This document shows positions 59,829 to 64,000 of a stretch of 64,000 nt of DNA, piece by piece. This stretch comes from Candidatus Altimarinota bacterium (lineage in GTDB: Bacteria > Patescibacteriota > Gracilibacteria > JBDHUY01): assembly GCA_039809385.1 (NCBI GenBank), contig JBDHUY010000005.1, forward strand, positions 62,254 to 126,253. The letters are read 5' to 3'. The stretch's first letter is position 1. Every line of letters starts with the position of its first letter. A model generated the notes under the pieces. It made no database searches. It was given only the letters and a program-made list of their open reading frames with translations, and was not told where the DNA came from. Position numbers and translations under genes: made by a program.

Positions 59829-61424
59829 TTAGACAATAATACCCGCACCTTGCAGGTTTCCGACTTCATTCCATATATTCGTGATAATCTCGCTATTTTT
59901 GGCTAGGAAATCGTTATCTTCAAAAATGAACTGTAAAAAATGTATAAGATCGCTAATTTTTTGAGGAATATCTTTCAACAAGCTGCCAGTAATATTCGCT
60001 GCGACTAATTCTTGCTTGGGTCCAGAAAATTGGTCTATGAGACTTTGAATCTCGTCAGTGATTCTATCCTTAAAATATTCTTGAGCACTTTTATGTTGCC
60101 TTGTCATATCTCTTGGTTGTTCAGGTTCTATACGTTGAATCTCCATACGGTTTTTGCGTACAATATTGGTAGCTAAAGCGTTTGCTAAGCTGAGAAGACT
60201 TCGCATCAGATGCCGTATCTTATTGTGTGTCTCCGGAGAAATGGTTTTTATCCAATTAGTAAATTCCCGTCGTCCGTGAAAACCAGCATCAAAGACTGTT
60301 TCAGCCAGAAAGTCTTCTGTCATTATGCTACTCTTTTTTGAAGACTGATCAAGATAGAAGGCGAAAATCACGAGAGGATATTTGAGAGCCATTGCGTCTT
60401 TGATTCTTACATCCATTGAAATTTTATGGTTCAAAGCTTCTCCCAGTAAATGACTTTTTGCCGTAATTGCCGATATGTCAGATTTTCCTTCTGATGCCAG
60501 ATTCCAAAAAGCTAGTGCTGTCCGGATCACTTCTGTGATAGCAGCAGTATTGTCAGGATTGTTGGCTCCTGTTAAAAGCTTCTCAGCTGTATCAATCATC
60601 GTAGAAACCTTTGCATTACATGCTTCATAAAAAGCGATACTTGCATTCCTGTACTCTTGCTTGCGTACTTGAATCATGTTCGATATTTGAGGTCCGAGAT
60701 CGGTAATATGTTTTTTCTGTTCGTTGCTCAATGCTCCGATGGTTTCAACAAAATATTTCATTCGATCACGTATCCCCGGTCTAAACCATACTTTTTGTGT
60801 ATTATTGCTGCTTTTTGCTTCTTGTTCTAACTGTGATGTTTTATGAGATACCTGGTTTTTCCTATATTGCTCCGTGTGAAACTCAAGTTTTGTAGTATAG
60901 ATATCCAAAATACTGAGTAATGTTTCCATTTCCGGTGTTGTTGCTATAATTTCCCCTCGATAAGAAAGCATATATTGATCAAGAAATACGATCACTTTCT
61001 CAATTTCATTATAAAATTCGATGGCCTTTGCTCTTTTTGCTTTTGCTTCGGCAATCTGACGAGGGTCATGCATTTTTAAGGTTTCTCTTTCCTCCTCTAT
61101 TTCGATTAGATTACTTGCTATAAGCGAATTACTAATAATATTTTCTTCACTTGGCAGAGTCTCTAGAAACGTCGTGTAACGAGATATGGCATCTTGCAGA
61201 TAATGTAATACAGTAACTGCGCTTAAACGATTCCCACTATTCTCCATTGTCTGCAATGGATCATCTTTTTCCCCTTGCAAAAGATTATGAACATTCAAAG
61301 CCGTATTAGTTTGATATCCCAATACTTCAAAATCTTGAGTTTGTGTAGGTAATCCATCGTTATCCTTAATATCTTGAGGACCGAAGGCGGAAATATCTTC
61401 TTTCGGTAATCTTTGGGCACTCAT
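59829..61424 (-). CDS. Hypothetical helical protein
   Basis: 531-aa AT-rich orphan ORF. Confidence 0.65.
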   Translation of the reverse strand: MSAQRLPKEDISAFGPQDIKDNDGLPTQTQDFEVLGYQTNTALNVHNLLQGEKDDPLQTMENSGNRLSAVTVLHYLQDAISRYTTFLETLPSEENIISNSLIASNLIEIEEERETLKMHDPRQIAEAKAKRAKAIEFYNEIEKVIVFLDQYMLSYRGEIIATTPEMETLLSILDIYTTKLEFHTEQYRKNQVSHKTSQLEQEAKSSNNTQKVWFRPGIRDRMKYFVETIGALSNEQKKHITDLGPQISNMIQVRKQEYRNASIAFYEACNAKVSTMIDTAEKLLTGANNPDNTAAITEVIRTALAFWNLASEGKSDISAITAKSHLLGEALNHKISMDVRIKDAMALKYPLVIFAFYLDQSSKKSSIMTEDFLAETVFDAGFHGRREFTNWIKTISPETHNKIRHLMRSLLSLANALATNIVRKNRMEIQRIEPEQPRDMTRQHKSAQEYFKDRITDEIQSLIDQFSGPKQELVAANITGSLLKDIPQKISDLIHFLQFIFEDNDFLAKNSEIITNIWNEVGNLQGAGIIV

Positions 61425-61533
61425 TTTTTTAGATTGAATTATAGATTTTTAACACGTAAATCCGATACTATGAATTTCCAGGAGTAAATCAACCTTTTTT
61501 TCCGTAATAAATGTCACAATTCTCTCTCCTTCC

Positions 61534-63207
61534 TTATACTGCCGCTACGCGATAGACTTCTTCCAGCGACGTTTTGCCTTCCAACGCCTGGATCAGCCCA
61601 TATTCGTGCATATTCATAAATCCTCCCGCAATGGCCGCACGTTCCATTTTTTGCACCGATGCCCCGTCAAAGATGAGCTGGCGCAGCTCGGCATCGACGA
61701 CCAGTACTTCCACCAGGGCTATCCGGCCTTTGTAGCCGGTATGGCTGCAGCGATCGCAGCCGCTCGGGTTTGGGCTGGTAACCTCCTCCGGAAGGTGAAT
61801 CGACAGGGTCGGGAATTTCGTTTGTAACGCTGCTATTTCGGCTTTTTCCGTTTCGGTCAATGGGCGGTTTGTCTTACACACCTTACAAACCCGCCGCACT
61901 AAGCGTTGAGCAACCACGGCATTGAGCGCGGGCGCGATCATAAACGGTTTGATCCCCATGTTGATCAAACGCGGAATGCTGTCCAGGGCACTGTTCGTAT
62001 GCAGCGTCGACAGAACGATGTGGCCCGTCAAAGCAGCTTGCAAGGCAATCTGAGCAGTATCGGTGTCGCGTATCTCGCCTACCATGATAATATCCGGATC
62101 TTGTCGTAACGAAGCTCGCAGGGCACCCGCGAAATCATAGCCGTTTTTTTCGTTGATCTGACTCTGGCTAATCTGGGGAATATGGTATTCGATCGGGTCT
62201 TCCAGTGTAATAATCTTGTTCTCGGGCCGGTTGAGCTTTTGCAAAATCGCATACAGACTGGTCGTCTTCCCCGACCCTGTCGGTCCCGTGACCAGGATCA
62301 TGCCATGCGATTTGCCGATGGCGTTTTCCAGATTATTAAGAGCCGTCCCGCTATACCCCAGCTCCTCAAAATCCTGAATCGTGTTGCGCGTATCCAACAA
62401 CCGCAACAATATCGTTTCCCCGAATTCGGTAGGGAGTGTGGAGATACGTACATCTACCTGATTCTTGTTCACCTTAAACGATGTGCGTCCGTCTTGAGGC
62501 ACCGACGAAACGTTCAGGCGCATTTTTCCGTCATATTTGATCTGGGTGACCAGTTTCTCGTACGTTTTGCGCTCCATCGTAAAAATATTTTGAATCACGC
62601 CGTCGATCCGGAAACGCAGACGCACGCGGTCTTCTTCGGGGTCGATATGGATATCCGAGGCGCCGGTTTTGTATCCACCGACCAAGATCAGATTCAGACC
62701 TTCTTCAGCACTGATATCTTTGAGCTTGTTCCCTAATTCATTCAGGTTCTGTATCTCTTTTTCGTAGACCTCCAGCATAGCTTCGTCGACCGTATTCTCG
62801 ACGACTTTTTCTTCTTTGATATTATGTACGGCGTAGAGATCGAGGCCGTGTTGCAGACTCTCGGGCGACATTAATGCTAAAAATACCGTATAGCCTTGCT
62901 GCTGCAAATTTCCTATGGTGTGCCTGGTAGGTTCGTTGTCCGGATCCATGACTGCCAGTTTCAGTTTTTTGCCCAGGCGAAAATAACTGATCGATCGGCT
63001 CTTTATAGCTTCTTCCAGTGACAAGATGCGCAAATAATCGGGATTGATGGGGGTGGTGGTCAGATTGACATAGCTTATCCCGAGCTGCTGGGCTTGTCCG
63101 GCAATGGTTTCTTCTTTAAATTCCTGATTGATATCGGATAGGGCGCTTTTCACATCCCGCTTGTCGGTACGGTTTTCATTCTGGGGGAGGGTGTATGCGG
63201 GATCCAT
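61534..63207 (-). CDS. Type IV pilus assembly / type II secretion ATPase (PilB/GspE)
   Basis: ASDIHIDP, PQDGR, GPTGSGKTT, LRQDPDIIMVGEIRD, GHIVLSTLHTN, CxxC..CxxC, GYKGR. Confidence 0.95.
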   Translation of the reverse strand: MDPAYTLPQNENRTDKRDVKSALSDINQEFKEETIAGQAQQLGISYVNLTTTPINPDYLRILSLEEAIKSRSISYFRLGKKLKLAVMDPDNEPTRHTIGNLQQQGYTVFLALMSPESLQHGLDLYAVHNIKEEKVVENTVDEAMLEVYEKEIQNLNELGNKLKDISAEEGLNLILVGGYKTGASDIHIDPEEDRVRLRFRIDGVIQNIFTMERKTYEKLVTQIKYDGKMRLNVSSVPQDGRTSFKVNKNQVDVRISTLPTEFGETILLRLLDTRNTIQDFEELGYSGTALNNLENAIGKSHGMILVTGPTGSGKTTSLYAILQKLNRPENKIITLEDPIEYHIPQISQSQINEKNGYDFAGALRASLRQDPDIIMVGEIRDTDTAQIALQAALTGHIVLSTLHTNSALDSIPRLINMGIKPFMIAPALNAVVAQRLVRRVCKVCKTNRPLTETEKAEIAALQTKFPTLSIHLPEEVTSPNPSGCDRCSHTGYKGRIALVEVLVVDAELRQLIFDGASVQKMERAAIAGGFMNMHEYGLIQALEGKTSLEEVYRVAAV

Positions 63208-63258
63208 ATTTTGCAAAAAATGTGAGGTAAAGAAAATCTGAAAGTCGATACCGCTTCA

Positions 63259-63717
63259 TTATATGCGGCTGTAACGTCTGATTCGGTCGGAATGCAGGCG
63301 CTTGGGTGGAGGAAGGCGGAATACGACCGATTGCAACGTGCTATACTGTTGAAAAAGTCTGCTTGATCTAACGTCTGGCAATGCGTTTTTTTCTTCTCCC
63401 GGTAGCATTTCGAAAAAATTTTTGCAGGCCCTGAGATACCGCTCGATTTCCGGTCGAGTGATCATCATAAATCTCCCTGTCTGGTAGCGTTGATGCAAGT
63501 TTTGTCCGGTCTCCCGTAAATCCAGGTAGATACGGATTCGTTCTTCCCACTGGCTCAATCGGGGTTCCAAATTTTTCGATTCAGGGTCGTCTTTAAGCGT
63601 ATCTTCTACCAATGTATCGCGTAACATCCGTAACACATCTTGTAGAAAAGCGTCGTCGCGAACGATGACTTCCAGACGGATCAACAGCGTATCGGCATCG
63701 CGCAGATTAAGCGGCAT
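63259..63717 (-). CDS. Hypothetical protein
   Basis: 152-aa ATG ORF, co-oriented upstream of the PilB-like gene. Confidence 0.55.
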   Translation of the reverse strand: MPLNLRDADTLLIRLEVIVRDDAFLQDVLRMLRDTLVEDTLKDDPESKNLEPRLSQWEERIRIYLDLRETGQNLHQRYQTGRFMMITRPEIERYLRACKNFFEMLPGEEKNALPDVRSSRLFQQYSTLQSVVFRLPPPKRLHSDRIRRYSRI

Positions 63718-64000
63718 ATTTTTGTTTTATATCTGCTCAGTATAGCATATTTTTACGTTTTTTTAAAAAGACTTTCGGTCGCAAAGCCTTGCAGCCCTCA
63801 CTTCGACAAGAAACACCCGTCCGTTTTATAGCAACACAAACGGTTAGATCGGGCTCTTTGCCGGAAAGACAAGCCTATAATAACCTGAGTTACGAAATAG
63901 AGGAAATGAGGAAAGAGTGATAGAGTAGGGCAGAAAAGTATTACCACATAAATTTCTGCCCTATGGAGATTGTAGCACAATCGGATGATCTGGTACGAAC

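Noticed and set aside
1-64000. Alternative genetic code (UGA=Gly as in some Gracilibacteria, or UAG recoding)
   Set aside because: Long conserved genes are intact under code 11, and both TGA (permease at 26732) and TAG (ruvB, tatD) end genes at their expected C-termini.
1-64000. CRISPR array, rRNA or tRNA genes
   Set aside because: No regularly spaced 25-45-bp repeats or cloverleaf/T-loop signatures were seen by eye. A tRNAscan/Infernal run would be needed to exclude them fully.

Overview
A 64-kb chromosomal segment that reads as Patescibacteria (CPR), probably from the Gracilibacteria/Peregrinibacteria/Abawacabacteria group. The lineage call is inferred from a short AlaRS without C-Ala, bacterial Elp3, the CPR zinc-ribbon family, a TrmB regulator, AT-rich Shine-Dalgarno-poor gene starts and many orphan genes. 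The code is standard code 11: TGA and TAG both end genes. Housekeeping genes are alaS, prfA, lgt, a ctpA-like protease, ruvB, trmD, gyrA, rmuC, ssb, yraN, ymdB, Elp3, tatD, mscS and a PilB/GspE ATPase. There is also a MacAB-type ABC exporter operon whose AbrB-type leader gene is split by an intact IS5-family element, and an SsuABC-like importer with a divergent TrmB regulator. Unusual items: (1) a secreted Rhs/TcB-TcC-like protein whose FG-GAP propeller appears to be encoded as a separate upstream gene, with five IPT/TIG domains inserted into the YD shell, a His/Cys papain-like tip and no immunity gene; (2) a stand-alone cyclodipeptide synthase back-to-back with alaS; (3) a leader-peptide/terminator/antiterminator attenuator upstream of a RelA/SpoT-like orphan; (4) a four-helix-bundle gene framed by inverted heptamer arrays (TAA...TTA ends), with several gene-less relatives elsewhere in the window; (5) an HTH-coiled-coil-TM protein downstream of a TGTC motif array; (6) a serpin-like gene with one in-frame amber codon; (7) a sigma-70 region-2-only protein lacking the promoter-melting residues. 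No rRNA, tRNA or CRISPR array was recognised. All family assignments come from motif recognition by eye; no database searches were run.
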